From Lama glama (Eukaryota), in the NCBI GenBank assembly GCA_028534125.1, contig CM052817.1:29018001-29082000 (forward strand): 64,000 nucleotides of DNA. Reading direction: 5' to 3'. Positions within the stretch are counted from its first letter, which is position 1. Each line of letters starts with the position of its first letter. The notes beneath the pieces are model-generated. The model was given only the letters and a program-made list of their open reading frames with translations, made no database searches and was not told the origin of the DNA. The position numbers were made by a program, and so were the translations under genes. Below are positions 41,303 to 54,562 of the stretch, one piece after another.

Positions 41303-41763
41303 GAAACACATCTCTATTGTGTGAGTCTGTTGGAAAATAGTGACAATTTCAAATCACTTTCATGTGCTAGAGAAACATTCGACTTAATATTTTAGTTGGA
41401 TGGGATAATTCTTAGGTGGGGATCATCATAAGAGTGAAACACTACTTCCCTACACGCAAAGGACACATAGCTGGACCATGATCCTTACCAGTTTTGTGAC
41501 TGGAATAAGTAGAGAGTAGGTAAGACTAATTTGGCAGTCCAATTGTCCTCTTCTGTAAGAGTTACTGACCTCTCTATCCCTTTTTCTAGTTAGTTTATCC
41601 AATTTAAGGTGCAATTCCATTTGGCAGGGGCCACCCTTGTTTTTTAATTTGTTTCAAATTCTAACAAGGACTTGTAGTTGAAATGGAAATAAATGTTCAT
41701 TTTCTTTTTAACTTCAAAATTTCTCAGATCATCCGTGTACCACCCTGATTACTATATCTTTAT

Positions 41764-42263
41764 NNNNNNNNNNNNNNNNNNNNNNNNNNNNNNNNNNNNN
41801 NNNNNNNNNNNNNNNNNNNNNNNNNNNNNNNNNNNNNNNNNNNNNNNNNNNNNNNNNNNNNNNNNNNNNNNNNNNNNNNNNNNNNNNNNNNNNNNNNNNN
41901 NNNNNNNNNNNNNNNNNNNNNNNNNNNNNNNNNNNNNNNNNNNNNNNNNNNNNNNNNNNNNNNNNNNNNNNNNNNNNNNNNNNNNNNNNNNNNNNNNNNN
42001 NNNNNNNNNNNNNNNNNNNNNNNNNNNNNNNNNNNNNNNNNNNNNNNNNNNNNNNNNNNNNNNNNNNNNNNNNNNNNNNNNNNNNNNNNNNNNNNNNNNN
42101 NNNNNNNNNNNNNNNNNNNNNNNNNNNNNNNNNNNNNNNNNNNNNNNNNNNNNNNNNNNNNNNNNNNNNNNNNNNNNNNNNNNNNNNNNNNNNNNNNNNN
42201 NNNNNNNNNNNNNNNNNNNNNNNNNNNNNNNNNNNNNNNNNNNNNNNNNNNNNNNNNNNNNNN
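41764..42263. other. Assembly gap (500 N) inside YIPF7
   Basis: Run of N. Confidence 1.
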
Positions 42264-43390
42264 TCCCTTCTGTGCTGATCATCTATAGCTTTTTCCATTT
42301 TGGTCTCCCTGGAACACCCAGACTGACTCCCACAGCATCCCACCCACCCTGTGTTCTCCTACCAGGAGAATCTCCACTATGTTCGTGCTAGGATTTCTGT
42401 CTCCAAGCCTGAAATCAGGGCCACACACCTGGTCCATGTACAAACCCTCTATATGCTCACTAATTCTTCCATATACCCCCTTGTACCACCTAAAACCCCA
42501 CTTAACATTGGGGTTATACAGTTCCAGCCAGCCTGTGGAGGCCCATCTTTACTTAGATGATGTCGTGCTAAGATATGACATAGTCTCCACCTGGGGAAAT
42601 CTCAGGCAGCAGGACTTAACATTTACCTTCCAATGTAAATATAAGTCACTGTTAGAAGACTCAGTTATAATTTTGGTGGACGCAGAAATATGTTCATTGC
42701 ACCCAGTCAGTTTTCTGTGTCCCATTACATAATCACTAGCTACAGATTTGATTAGAGGTTTTGTTTTTCCAGAACTTTCAGTTTGGACTCCCATCATGGT
42801 GGTCAATTGATTCTGCTTTCCTTTGTCAGCCTTACCTGGGTGGATAGGGCATGATTACTTGATTCCCAGTGTCACATGGTGAGCTGGAGTGTAAATCAGG
42901 TGGTAAGGCACGTACCATCAGGTAAGTACAATTCATTATACATCTATCTCCAACTTGGACTAGTATTCAAGGATGTGCATATTTCACACAGTCAGGTGAC
43001 ATTGCACCCCTCCAGGAACCTGAGACTACGAAGGTTTTCAGAATTTGCAACTCTATCATCCGAAACAGTGTAAGACAACAAAAATACCCTGTTGGCTAAA
43101 AAATTAGCCTGGATGCCCAGAAACATCTTTATCTATGTAAGTCTCCCGTTGAGCCAGTAAACAGGCATTCTAAGTATCCTTGGTAAGAACATCTCATGTA
43201 AGGTCAGTTTGATGGCATGTGTTTTAGGAAGTGGCGGCCGGGGGAATTGGCTTATATAACATTCCCAGATCCTGGCTGAGCCATTGGGCACACAGGACCT
43301 ATGTGCCATTGACAGAGCCATTGACCATGCTTGAAACACTAGAGGGAGATCAGGTCTAGGGATTCAGAAGAGCTGGTGATTCAGTATCCA
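42264..43390 (-). mobile_element. Decayed ERVL-like internal (pol) fragment
   Basis: Minus-strand RSCVPNGSARIW resembles the ERVL RNase H motif DSWAVANGLAxW; no intact ORF. Confidence 0.4.
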
Positions 43391-43610
43391 TCTGGAAAAG
43401 TCCTACTGAAACATTCAAAGGGAGTTTTCCAGCTGTCACCTTTCTGTAGAAGTAGCAACTTCTTACTTTAAATGATTGGAATAGATTTCTCACTTCAAAA
43501 ATTGGAAAAATATAGTGGGAAAATGTAGCCTAGATAACTGGCTGCAGGTATTGGAAAGAGTGGCTATCAGAATGACTGGATAATTAAGTTTTTTTAATGA
43601 CAAAATTCCT

Positions 43611-43794
43611 TCTTGCTCATTCTATTAGAAAATTTGTTTTTAAACATAAATATCTTCATTGTATTATGTTTTAAACATAAATATCTTCATTAGTAAGCCC
43701 ACTCTTGCTCATTCTATTAGAAAATTTGTTTTTAAACATAAATATCTTCATTGTATTATGTTTTAAACATAAATATCTTCATTAGTAAGCCCAC
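43611..43794. repeat. Perfect 2 x 92 bp tandem duplication
   Basis: 43611-43702 is identical to 43703-43794; each unit contains gttttaaacataaatatcttcatt-like sequence twice. Confidence 0.95.
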
Positions 43795-46582
43795 TCAACC
43801 AGCTTTCAGATCACAATGCTATTCACTGAGCAGAACAAGTTTTTTAAAACAAGTTCTCATATGGAGGGGGTATGAGGGGGATGGAGCAAGGGCAGGGAGA
43901 CTAATTGATTATAACTAATCAATCAAAGATTTAATCTTTAAAGATTTAATCAATTAAGGACCGAGATTAATTGATTAAAATTCTCTACTGGATTCCTATG
44001 TCTTTTGCCAGTATGATCAGTGTCTTATTCTTATTTGGGCTATATTTTAATTGAACTATGCCCTGTATGATTAAAAGATCAAATCTCTCAAGTTATTTGA
44101 TGTACACTAGTAAACCAGTGACCTGACTCTGTGTTTTATGTACCTCATAAAGCTACCACAGCTAACATGCCCTTCCATTCCTGAGACTGGCAGTGTGGGT
44201 TGGAATTTAAATGTTACCACATCCAAATCAGGACTTGAACTTAAATGCTAAGCATCTGAAGTAGGCTAGGCCATAACCTGACATAAGATAATCATAACTT
44301 TTCCTCATTTGGCTATATTAATTTCTACCTCTTTTTCATTGCAATTTCTGGGCAACATTGATACATGCAATCAGATGGAAAAAGAAAATTGGGTAAAGTG
44401 GGGTGGGGGAGAAGGCTGTGGTCTGTGAGTCTCTGCTTAAGGGAGAAACCTTTTGTCCCTGTCTTATTGGACTTTTTAGTTTAGTTTAGTCTGAAAATAT
44501 AGGTTGCAGATGCTACTCAGGTATTCCATCTGGAAAAGAGAAGGAAGAAAAGAAACAGAAGGTGACTGCTTTCTTTCAGTAAAACAGGAGAAGAACAGAG
44601 CCGGATAAAGGCCTGTGAGGTAGCTCGCATGTGGATTCTGTATTTTGAGTCACTGTCCTCTAATACCTTCATGCTCAAACTACTCCCTGTGCCATCACAC
44701 ACTTCTCTGCTTTCTCTTGGCCTTCCAAATTGTAAATCATAAGTGAAAAAAATTAAGTTCCTTTTCTGTTGTTGGATTCTGCAATGATTGAGCCAATTCT
44801 CTACAGCCTAATCCTTCCCTCCAAATTTTCATATAAATATTTTAAACACATTTACTCTGCCTGGTGATAATATTCAGATAGATAGATAAAGGTTTGGGTT
44901 GTTTTTTAATGCTAGAAAGCAAAGGCTAGGGGCATGAATGAGGTAAAATTTCAGATATTTAGGTTCTACAGTTTTAAAAACATTATGTACCAATACCTTT
45001 CCCCATCGCCTTAGAGCAGCCGGTCAGCAGGAGTCGCTAAGACCAGGCTTGTGAAAACACACCGACCTGCCTGTATCTGTAGGGGTGACCAGCCAGTGAA
45101 AACAGTGTCCATGCTGTCCTGGGCAAAGTTGGAACAGAAGAGTCCCCACTATGTTTGTATTTATTCTGTCTTTCCCTCCTTCTGAGGATTTCAAGGTACT
45201 TACATGTGTTTGAAAAATAAACTTCAAGAATTAATAAATTTGAGATATTTATTATGTGATTATTTGCCTTAAACTTGTTAGAATGGCACAGTAACCACAT
45301 CCCAGTTTGCCTACGAGGAGGCAGTTTATTCTTACTGTACCAACATTGTTATTAACAGCACACATTTTACTCTGAAAAACGTCTTGACTTTACAATAAAT
45401 TATATGCCCACTCCAGTTTTAGGTCTAATTATCTTAAACCCACTTTTTACTAGCTGGTGACCTTGGAAAATTTCCTTAATTTCTCTGGGTCCCTGCTTTC
45501 TCATGTGTAAAATAGGGATAGTAATAATATACATCTCCAGGTTGTCCGATGATCTAATGAGTTAATTTACAAAAAGCTCAGAAGAGTACCTAACACATAG
45601 TAAGAACTCGATAAATGTTAGTTATTATGAAATTCGTAAGGTCTGACCCTTTTCCCAGTTCATTAGTCTAAACCCAGAAAAGAATACCCAAAGAAACGAA
45701 TGTCTAACCAAATACAGTAAGTGTAAGTGACTAGACAACAAACTGTCCATGGCTTCTGCAAGCTATAATTATACGAAAAAATAACATTTACATAATAGCT
45801 TTACTTTAACACACACTTTCCCACACATTCTCACAATTCTTCGGACAGTTCCCACAAAGTAGGCATTACTGAGGTTCTTATTTCTCAGCGGAAGACACTC
45901 AGTCAAGGGAAGTTGTCTTTCTTAATGCCACAAAAAATCAAATATGAGAGCCAGAACTTGCACCAAATTCTTCTTACTCGAGCTACCTTATTTGGGGCAC
46001 TAGTTAAGGGTAAATGCTAAATTCTCAATCATTTTTTAATTTATTTTCAACTCAACTTGAACTGTCAACTCAAATAACTAACACATTCTGAATTATGTTG
46101 GTGACTTAATTGCACCCCTCTCCAACATAAATTTTTTAATTTTGTGAGGGAAAAGATTGGAGATTTCTTCTTTATCTTTGGGTTGATAGCACCTTTCTTA
46201 ATTCCTGACACACGAGCAGGCCCTTGATAGATATTTTTTAAACTGAATAAAATCTATTTCTTGAGTGTGTCCTGGAAAATATCAGGTAAAAGGAAAGTGT
46301 TTTCTGTTTGTCCAGGGCCTGTATTCATGCTCCCTGTTAAGTGATATTTTGAAAAGGGAAGACAATTTGTTCACCTATAAATGGGCCTGAGGCGATCAAG
46401 GGTATTCATGGAGAACTGAATTCATTTCTCTGCCCTTTCCTGACATTTCTTCTTAAGCACTTTACTAAGATATAATGGGGAGAGGTTTTGCTTCCCCCAA
46501 GGAAACCTCCCTACCTGAAACCCCCTACCAAATATGATGACTTCTTAAAATGAGAACATATTTTCTCAATATCAAGTACTTA

Positions 46583-46741
<159 letters not shown>

Positions 46742-47049
46742 TTACAAGAATTAATAGATAATGTGATTATGGCTGGATTCCTGTTAGAGAACAAAATATT
46801 CTTTGAATGGGGAAAGGGTGTAGAAATGTATGGCAGAAAGTCATTTATAAAACCTATATCTTCAATTAACTTTTCTGAAATTTTCATTCACTAGGACTGT
46901 GACTTTGACAAACTTGACTTTAATTGATCTGAAAAACATTCTTCACCTAATACCTCATTCTCAGCAGTTTAAGAGAAAGTTTAAAAGTTAGTATACATCT
47001 AGAAGGTTTTCTCTTAAACAAGGTTAGTTCCTCACTTTAAGGACACGAG

Positions 47050-47081
<32 letters not shown>

Positions 47082-48159
47082 TTTGTTGCAAAGCCAAAAA
47101 GCAAATGGCTAATAATAATCATACTATTTGAGTTTGATTTTTCCTACAGCTTTAAAGGGAGCTAACATCCTCTCTGTTCCCTAAAACAAGACAAACCCTA
47201 AAAATTAATCTCCTAGTTCTTCTTTCTATTTCCTGAAAGGTGGTTAGAGCATTTTCCTTTTGTCTTGCCCTGTCTGCTGCACTTGGGCTTCTGCTGAGTC
47301 AGAGGAAGAAAGACTTAACTTGGCTAAAGGAATGGACTCTGTCTTTGCATACACTCTCTACATTGTATCTACTCACTTCTGAGAATGAAGAGGAGTGCAG
47401 GGCCTTGATTCAGACCTAATGGCTAGAAGATTAGAGGGAAGAAGAAAGACTTGAGAGGAGGAACAGATGGGGGAAGAAAGTAATAGTAAGGTGGGTAATA
47501 GTAGCTCTTTGGATGAAAATTAGGGGTTGGAGTAAAGACTCTTCTCAATTGGACAAATGTGGTTTTCAACTCAACATTTTAGCCTTTATTTTCCTTTGAA
47601 AAACTTTCTATTTCAAAAGAGTGATTTTAAAAATCACTAAAAGTAATTCATATAGTTATAATAATCTATAGAATATAACTCATAATAAATTTCAAATGAA
47701 ATTGCATAAATGTCCCTAGTTCTAGGGGCCTTATTAATCAGAAATAGTCAAGTAACAATTATCAAATATATCAAATTTTTTCAGCTCAGGGGAAATACAG
47801 AAAGCTTTTCTAAAATTAGATGCAGTGATTCAAACATCTGATATAATAAATTAAGATTTTTCATTAGTAATGTATATAAAAGTAGCTGTGAATTCTGTAA
47901 ACTAAAAATCAAGGCTAGGAGAGTGTTAAATCTTTTAGCAGCTTGTAATGTACAGAATTTAAAATTTAATAGCATAACTTTCTCAGTCCATAAAAATATG
48001 TTACTATAAAGCATAGAGAGTAACTTTACTGGAGAATACACTAAGTGTTCAGAACATGCAAATCGCCATGTAATGTGACAATTGGCATTAGAGCCCTTAC
48101 ATAACCCAGCTTCATATTTTGTTTCAATGCCAAATTCTTTAGAAGGATCAGACACATAC

Positions 48160-48240
48160 CTTTATATTATTTTATGCTGCAAGATCCTCCAACAACGTAG
48201 CTTTCCTTGAGAAATTTTTAACAAATCAGCTCATGAAAAG
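48160..48240 (-). other. YIPF7: YIPF7 5' (non-coding) exon
   Basis: Donor AAG/gtatgt. GATTTGTTAAAAATTTCTC..AAGCTAC..TTGGAGGATC resembles the human segment encoding MDLLKISHTKLHLLEDL. The 5' limit is uncertain. Confidence 0.65.
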
Positions 48241-48780
48241 ATGACTTGCTTTCTCCATATACAAGTTTCTAAATTTGTACTCTGACACTCTGAACAGATG
48301 CCGCAGCCAAAAAAAAAAAAAAAAAAAAAACAGCCTGCCAAAAACCAACACAGTACAGTACCTTCCAACACTTGTTAAAGGGTACAAACACAGCGAACAC
48401 AGTGAACCATTTAGAGACAAACAATTTGATAAAGTGAATGGTAGATTCAGTTTCCTTGTGTGACTAATATGCCATTAACCTCTGATTTAAAATATTTATT
48501 TGAGGTCAACAATGAAAAGTGAGAGGCCTTAACACTCCTTCCGCTTCATGGCCTATAAGAATATATTTACCCTAGACAATCTTAGGAACAATTCGAAAAT
48601 GAGTGTTACAGAAACAGCATTTAGGAAGACTATTCACGACGTACCTCTGATTTTTCCCCCTGCTTCTTACTTCTCCATTGCAGCCCAAGATGGACACACT
48701 AATGTGATCTAGGAGAGCTCCTTACTTAAAGGGCACGTTCTGTCCCATTTTCCAGCCAATCTTGACCACTGGAAGGCATC

Positions 48781-49610
48781 TGTGATATTGTGACTTATAA
48801 GAAAAAATATATATTTGGTTATTCAGATGACCAAAACATATTTCTCATATATATTTGGTCTTTGTCCATGGATCCTTGGAACTTTCTAAGTGTTGAGAGT
48901 GACAAAGCTGTCCCTTGGTATGTTAACAAGGTGATTTTTGCACTTCTTCTAAGGATGGGGTATTGTTGCCAATGGAGCCAATAAGGCGATTGGAGGGTTG
49001 AAACTTTCAGTCCCACCCCCAACCTTTGAGGAGGGAAGAGGACCCGGATGTTAAATCAACTGCCAATTGCCGATGATTTACTCAACTGTGACTATGTAAT
49101 GAAACCTTCATAAAACCCTGAAGGACGGGGTTTGGAGAGCTTCTGGATTGGTGAACATGCAGATTTGCTGGAAGAGTAGCACCCCCGTGGAGAGGGCATG
49201 GCATCCCCTCACTGTCTCCCACACCTGGCCCTATGCATCTCTTCCATCTGACTGTTCCTGAGTTACATTCTTTTATAATAAATGATGATATAGTAAGTAA
49301 ATTGTTTGTCTGAGCTCTGCAAATAAATCGAATCCAAAAAGGAGGTGGTGGGAATCTCTGATTTATGGCTCGTGAATTAGAAGTACAGGTAACAACCTGG
49401 GTTGCTGCTGGCATCTGATGGAGACCGAGAGGTGGGTGCAGTGAGCCAGCAGCCTGTTATGGCTGAGCTCTTAACCTATGGAATCTGATGCTATCTCCAG
49501 GTAGTGTCAGAATTAACTTGAATTGTAGGACATGTAGCTAGTCTCCCAAGAATTGCTTGGTGCTGTGTGGGAACCTACCCTCTGCAATATAATGGAATTG
49601 GTACCACAAG
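48781..49610 (+). mobile_element. MER21-like LTR
   Basis: tgtgatattgtgacttataag start; shares blocks (caactgtgactatgtaa, gtacaggtaacaacctggg) with 30687-31560. Confidence 0.7.
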
Positions 49611-52576
49611 TAATTTAGCATCAGATCCATTTCCATCCCAGGAAACTGCCTGAGTTTGTTCCCTTTATATTCAAGGTTTACTTCCAGGAGGCTTCTCCTC
49701 AGTTATTACCAAGGTAACCTGGCTAATACTCCTAATTTTTATCTGGATCTGGTGGTTTTGTCCCTAATATCAACATTATGGCTGGAGGTCAAGTTCCTCT
49801 GTGATCTGCTTCTTGCCGATTCTCCTTTATAGGACTTGAGATCTATATCCATTTCTCAGTGACTGAAATCTTCTGTTCAAGGGTAGATTATGTGATATTT
49901 TGGAACTTTCAACTAGAGCCAAAGGCAGAATGGTAAAGTGCATTTTTCAACATTGTTTAAAAACATTTGGAATTTGAATTTCTTTAATCAGAGCTGTCTT
50001 TTGCCAGGTCACTAGTCAGGTAACAATGTCGTGCATTTTTTGAACATCTATTGAGTACCAGACTATGTTCTAGAAGTCGTAGTTACAGAAGTGGACAAAC
50101 TAAACAGATCTGCATTTCAAGAGATATATTTTAGTATTGATTCTACTATACCTACAATAACAATAACTAGCCAGGTACAATTCTATGAACTTTAGGTTCA
50201 AATCACTTAAATGTTGTAACAATCTTATGAAGTATTACTATCCCATATTAGGAAAAGAAATGAAGATTAAATAATTTGCCCAGGTAGAAGCTAGTAGGTC
50301 AAAAAGGCCAATGTTTGCAGCCTAGTAGACTGAGTCCAGAGCTCACATGATTATCCAAGACCATTTCAGGAATTAACCGAATTCCATCAAGAAGTTTGCA
50401 TATACTATTAAGATGGAGAGTGCAAAGGGGAGAAAATTTGGGTAGTCAGAGAAGTCCTCTTAAGAAGGTCATTTGAACTGAGACCAGATTGATGAGAAAA
50501 GGCCACTTGAAAGACATGTGAAGAGGAAATAAAGCAAATGTTCTGAGATGGCAAGGGATTGGCAGTTTGTAGCTTAGAAATTAGCCACATGGTAGTGATT
50601 TTGAATCAAAGAAAATTTGAAGGAGATGAGGTCAGAGGCATAGGCAGAGGCCAGTTCATAAAGGCTATAGTAAAGAGTCTAGATTTTATTACAACTGAAA
50701 TAAGAACCCTGCAGGGTTTTAAGCAGTGGGAGCATGTGATCAATCATACACAGAAATAGAAGAGCAAGACTTGTTAGGAGGATGCTGTGGCAGTAACACA
50801 GGCATGATACACACGGAGCTAGTGCTAGGGTAGCAGTGGCAGTGGGGCAACTGGTAGGGAAGTCTTGGCAGCTGAGGGAAGGATGAACTGAAGGATCAGG
50901 ACCAGAGCAGGTGCCTAAATAAGAAGAAAGTTCATTCCAGGGAAATGATGTTGTCTGAACTGGGGAAGCACCAATAGAGGTGGAAAGGACTAAACAGGTA
51001 CACAAGGTATGTGTAGAGAAGATTTTATCAGTTTAATGTCCATTGGATAAGAGGGACAACTAATGAAGATGATTTCCAGAATCCTGACGTCTTCCCTGTC
51101 CTAATGTATTAATGTTATGGGAAAAACTATATAACCAAATTATTATATAGTAGCCAAATTCAGATCATCATACTTTCTATTTCTCCTTTCAAAGTTCTTT
51201 ATGTGAGAACATAGGTCCCTTCCTGTAACAGCAAGGTCTCAGAGTGCATTCTTCTTTCTGACATAAAAAGTCACTGAAAAGTTTACCAAAGATAATATTT
51301 TCAGTCTTAGTCCATCTAGTTAAATTTTAAACTTACTTTGTGGTTTTGTACTTTACAACTTAGTTTTGCTTCATGAAAAACCAGCTTGATTAAATGAATT
51401 GCAGAAATATGTGAACCGAAAAAGGCACATAAAAATGAAATTAATCTAAGCCTCAAGTGAACTATACAAGGCATGAAACATTGAAGACCCAATGACTTCA
51501 TTCTCTTGATGAATGCTTTAATGGACCATTAAAATACAGATGCTGGAAAACTTTGAAGTTACTCTTACACATGTAACACTGTGTATGTATAAAACATGCA
51601 TTTAAATATTTTTTGTCTATTAATGAGTCATCCAATTATTATAATGTATATTGAAGGACAGAGTTGAAATCGATTTTATAGTCACAGTTTGATCAACTGA
51701 TTAATTTTGTTCATCTACTTAAATAATTATTTCTGGGCTCTGAATGATCAGAAGGACTGGATAACATGAATAAGGGTTCTCATCTGATGTAAAGAGACCA
51801 TATTCTACTCACAGCCACTCTTCTTTCCTTCCTTTTCCTTTTCTCTTTTCCCTTTCTCCTTTCCTCCCTTTGCTCTGTCCTCTCGCTAAACTCTCTTCTA
51901 TGGCAATCTCATCCATTTCCCTGGCTTTATGTACCTTCTATGTGGAGAGTGTTCCTGAAATCATGTATGCAGACCTCACCCTTCTTCTCAGCTCTGGACA
52001 GTCTCTTTTATATCTTATAGGCAATTCAAATGTAACATAATACAAACTGATTTTTTTTAAATCTCTGCCTTCCCCAACCCAATGCTGTCTTCTCCATTTC
52101 AGGAGATGACATCACAAGTCACTCACTCATTCAAATCAGAAATCATCTAATCCTTCAGTGAATTGTATCAATTTTGTTTAAAACATATCTAAAATATATC
52201 TCCCACTAACCAATTCCGTCCAACTCCACTGCTAACACCCTGTTTTGTGCTCCTGGGTTCTCCTATTTAGACTTCTGTTTGTAATTATTCAGTAATGAAG
52301 ACTGTAAAAATCATGCCATGAATGGCACAATGACTTGTCAAAATCAGGAAAAATTTTCTTCTATGGTTGCTGACCATAATCTGCTGTAGGTACAAGGAGA
52401 AGAATCTCCATCTACAATTTCTTAGTCTCTCTCTGGTGATCTGCTAAGTGTTGAAGAAACTGTGAGCTGATCAACAGCTGTATCTGAACAATTTGCCCTG
52501 CACTGACAATTATGCATACAATTATGGCAATTATGCATTTGTGTTAAATTAAAGGATGAAGGGTCAGGCAGATGGA

Positions 52577-52715
52577 TGTGTCAAATTCCAGTGTAGAGCA
52601 CAATTTTTCAGTTATACATGAAGATATATTTATATTCATTCTCACCTTTTCTTCTCCGTGAGCTACCATAATATCTTGTATATATTTCCCTGTGCTATAC
52701 AGTATAATCTTGTTT
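52577..52715 (-). mobile_element. L1 3'UTR fragment
   Basis: tgtgtcaaattccagtgtagagcacaa..tttccctgtgctatacagtataatcttgttt; antisense homologue of 57330-57540. Confidence 0.75.
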
Positions 52716-52754
52716 GTCTATGGCCATACCACCCTGAACACGCCCGATCTCATC
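52716..52754 (+). pseudogene. 5S rRNA 5' fragment
   Basis: GTCTATGGCCATACCACCCTGAACACGCCCGATCTCATC versus 5S GTCTACGGCCATACCACCCTGAACGCGCCCGATCTCGTC: three CpG-type transitions. Confidence 0.9.
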
Positions 52755-54115
52755 GAATCATGTGTGATTAAGACATCCATTATTCCAATCTTTCAATATA
52801 AAAATGGAGGCTCCAAGAGACTAAGTGACTTCTGAGCAGTCACACACCTAAATGTGATACAACCTAGTCTGCAACATCAATTCTCTCATTCAGCTCCATT
52901 TCCTTTCATTACTCAGACTGTTTCTCCTGAAGACTGTCTATGGCTGTCTAAAACACTGGTGTTAGATGTCCTGTTTGGAAACACTAAGGGATATTTATTC
53001 ACAACCTCCAAAAAATATTTTTCAGCTGAACAGAGCTGACAATGAACCAACAGAAAAATATGTCATCATTTTCTACCTCTGCTGATAGAGAAATGGGTTG
53101 TTTGCAACCAGTGTTTATCAAGTAATTATTTTGCAGTCTGCATTGCAATTTAACATACATTATACCTATAAATTACTACTCTAATTAAGGCAGAAAAAAT
53201 ACCGTACATTCTGTGTTCCATTAATTTTTTTTAATACGCTTTGCTCAGCATTCTCTATATGCTCCTTGTGTTAATACCATATAAGATTTTTTCCTGATCA
53301 TCTGCCCCTTAAAAAATCCTGCTTCTCTATTTCATAAGCCTGAAACTGCAGCCCTGACTATTACATAGTCATATGAAAATTGACATAAAATTCTGCTTCA
53401 TTGCATGAATTTGAAAGAGCTCATTGTGTTCCACGGCAAGAAAAAAGAAAATTACAGTTTTCCTTTATTAATACTATCATAATTACTCTTGGCTTTTAAT
53501 TTGGCTATTTCTTGGTAACTTGTATTTTTGCCTTGGAATTAAAAATTGGAGTCTAGCAGAATTATTACTGAACACTTAGTTTTTAGTTCGATAATAACTG
53601 TTAGCAAAAACATAATTTACACCTGAAATTATGAAAATTGATATGAGTAGTAGTTAATTTGAATATTCTTACTAGCCATATTATTAGAATAATCATTTTA
53701 AAATGCAATAAATTAAATTTATACACAGTATAAATTTAGCATACTGATATACCTAGTTTTTATAGGAAATTTTTCTTAGGAATAACATAAATTCCTCTAC
53801 AAGTTATGTAATCACATGGGTCCTTAGTTCCCTCATTTGTAAAACAAGAATAAAAGTTTTACTTACCTCTTAGGTACTATGTATTTTACTCTTATCTCAT
53901 CAACTTAATTTTATTTTTCCATATGTTTCAAAATATACCTAAATTATTACTCAATACATACATATAACTATTTATGTGTATATATGTATAGGTATAAATA
54001 AATTTGTGTATGAAATATGAGGATTAAACAGGATTTTGAACAGGAACAATTAACATAGGCAGGGGCAAGTTGTAAGAGCTCAATATATGTTAACTGTTAT
54101 GATTATTATAATGCT

Positions 54116-54562
54116 TGTCAACAACAGCAACAAAAAAAAAAACACAGAAAGCTGCAAAAAAGAGAAAGAGTTTATGTGAGGTCTTAAGTATTGCAATTCA
54201 GGAAGTCCCGATTGGAGCAGAAACTCAAATGTGCCCTGAGGTAAACAGAAAATGGTGGAGTTTATAAAAAGCCACTTCTGAGACATCCCTCAAAAGTTAT
54301 ATAGGTTATTTTTACGGAACTATGATTGGTGCCAGTAGACATTCAATCACTTGACAGTAAAGAAAACAAGTTTCAGGAGGTCTCAGGATGGCCTGATCAA
54401 AAGTTCATATGGCACTCAGGTGTGGACATGCATAAGTTCCACTTCCCTAGTGGCCTACTGGTTCCTTTTGACATAAGTGACTCCGTTTTGTCGCTCATGG
54501 CCCATAGTTTCTACGTGGAAATGAAGTTGGTTCAATAAAAGGTATCTATATTTGCTCTTACA
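54116..54562 (-). mobile_element. ERV1-type solo LTR
   Basis: tgtcaac..ctcttaca; TG..CA ends. Confidence 0.5.

Noticed and set aside
41693..42391. 176-232 aa ORFs
   Set aside because: Almost entirely N gap.
41226..43794. Short direct repeats considered as a CRISPR-like array
   Set aside because: No unique spacers, and the context is a eukaryotic intron; these are ordinary tandem repeats.
47810..47819. MEF2-like CTAAAATTAG in YIPF7 intron 1
   Set aside because: Fits a muscle-expressed gene but is common by chance in AT-rich DNA; needs conservation data.
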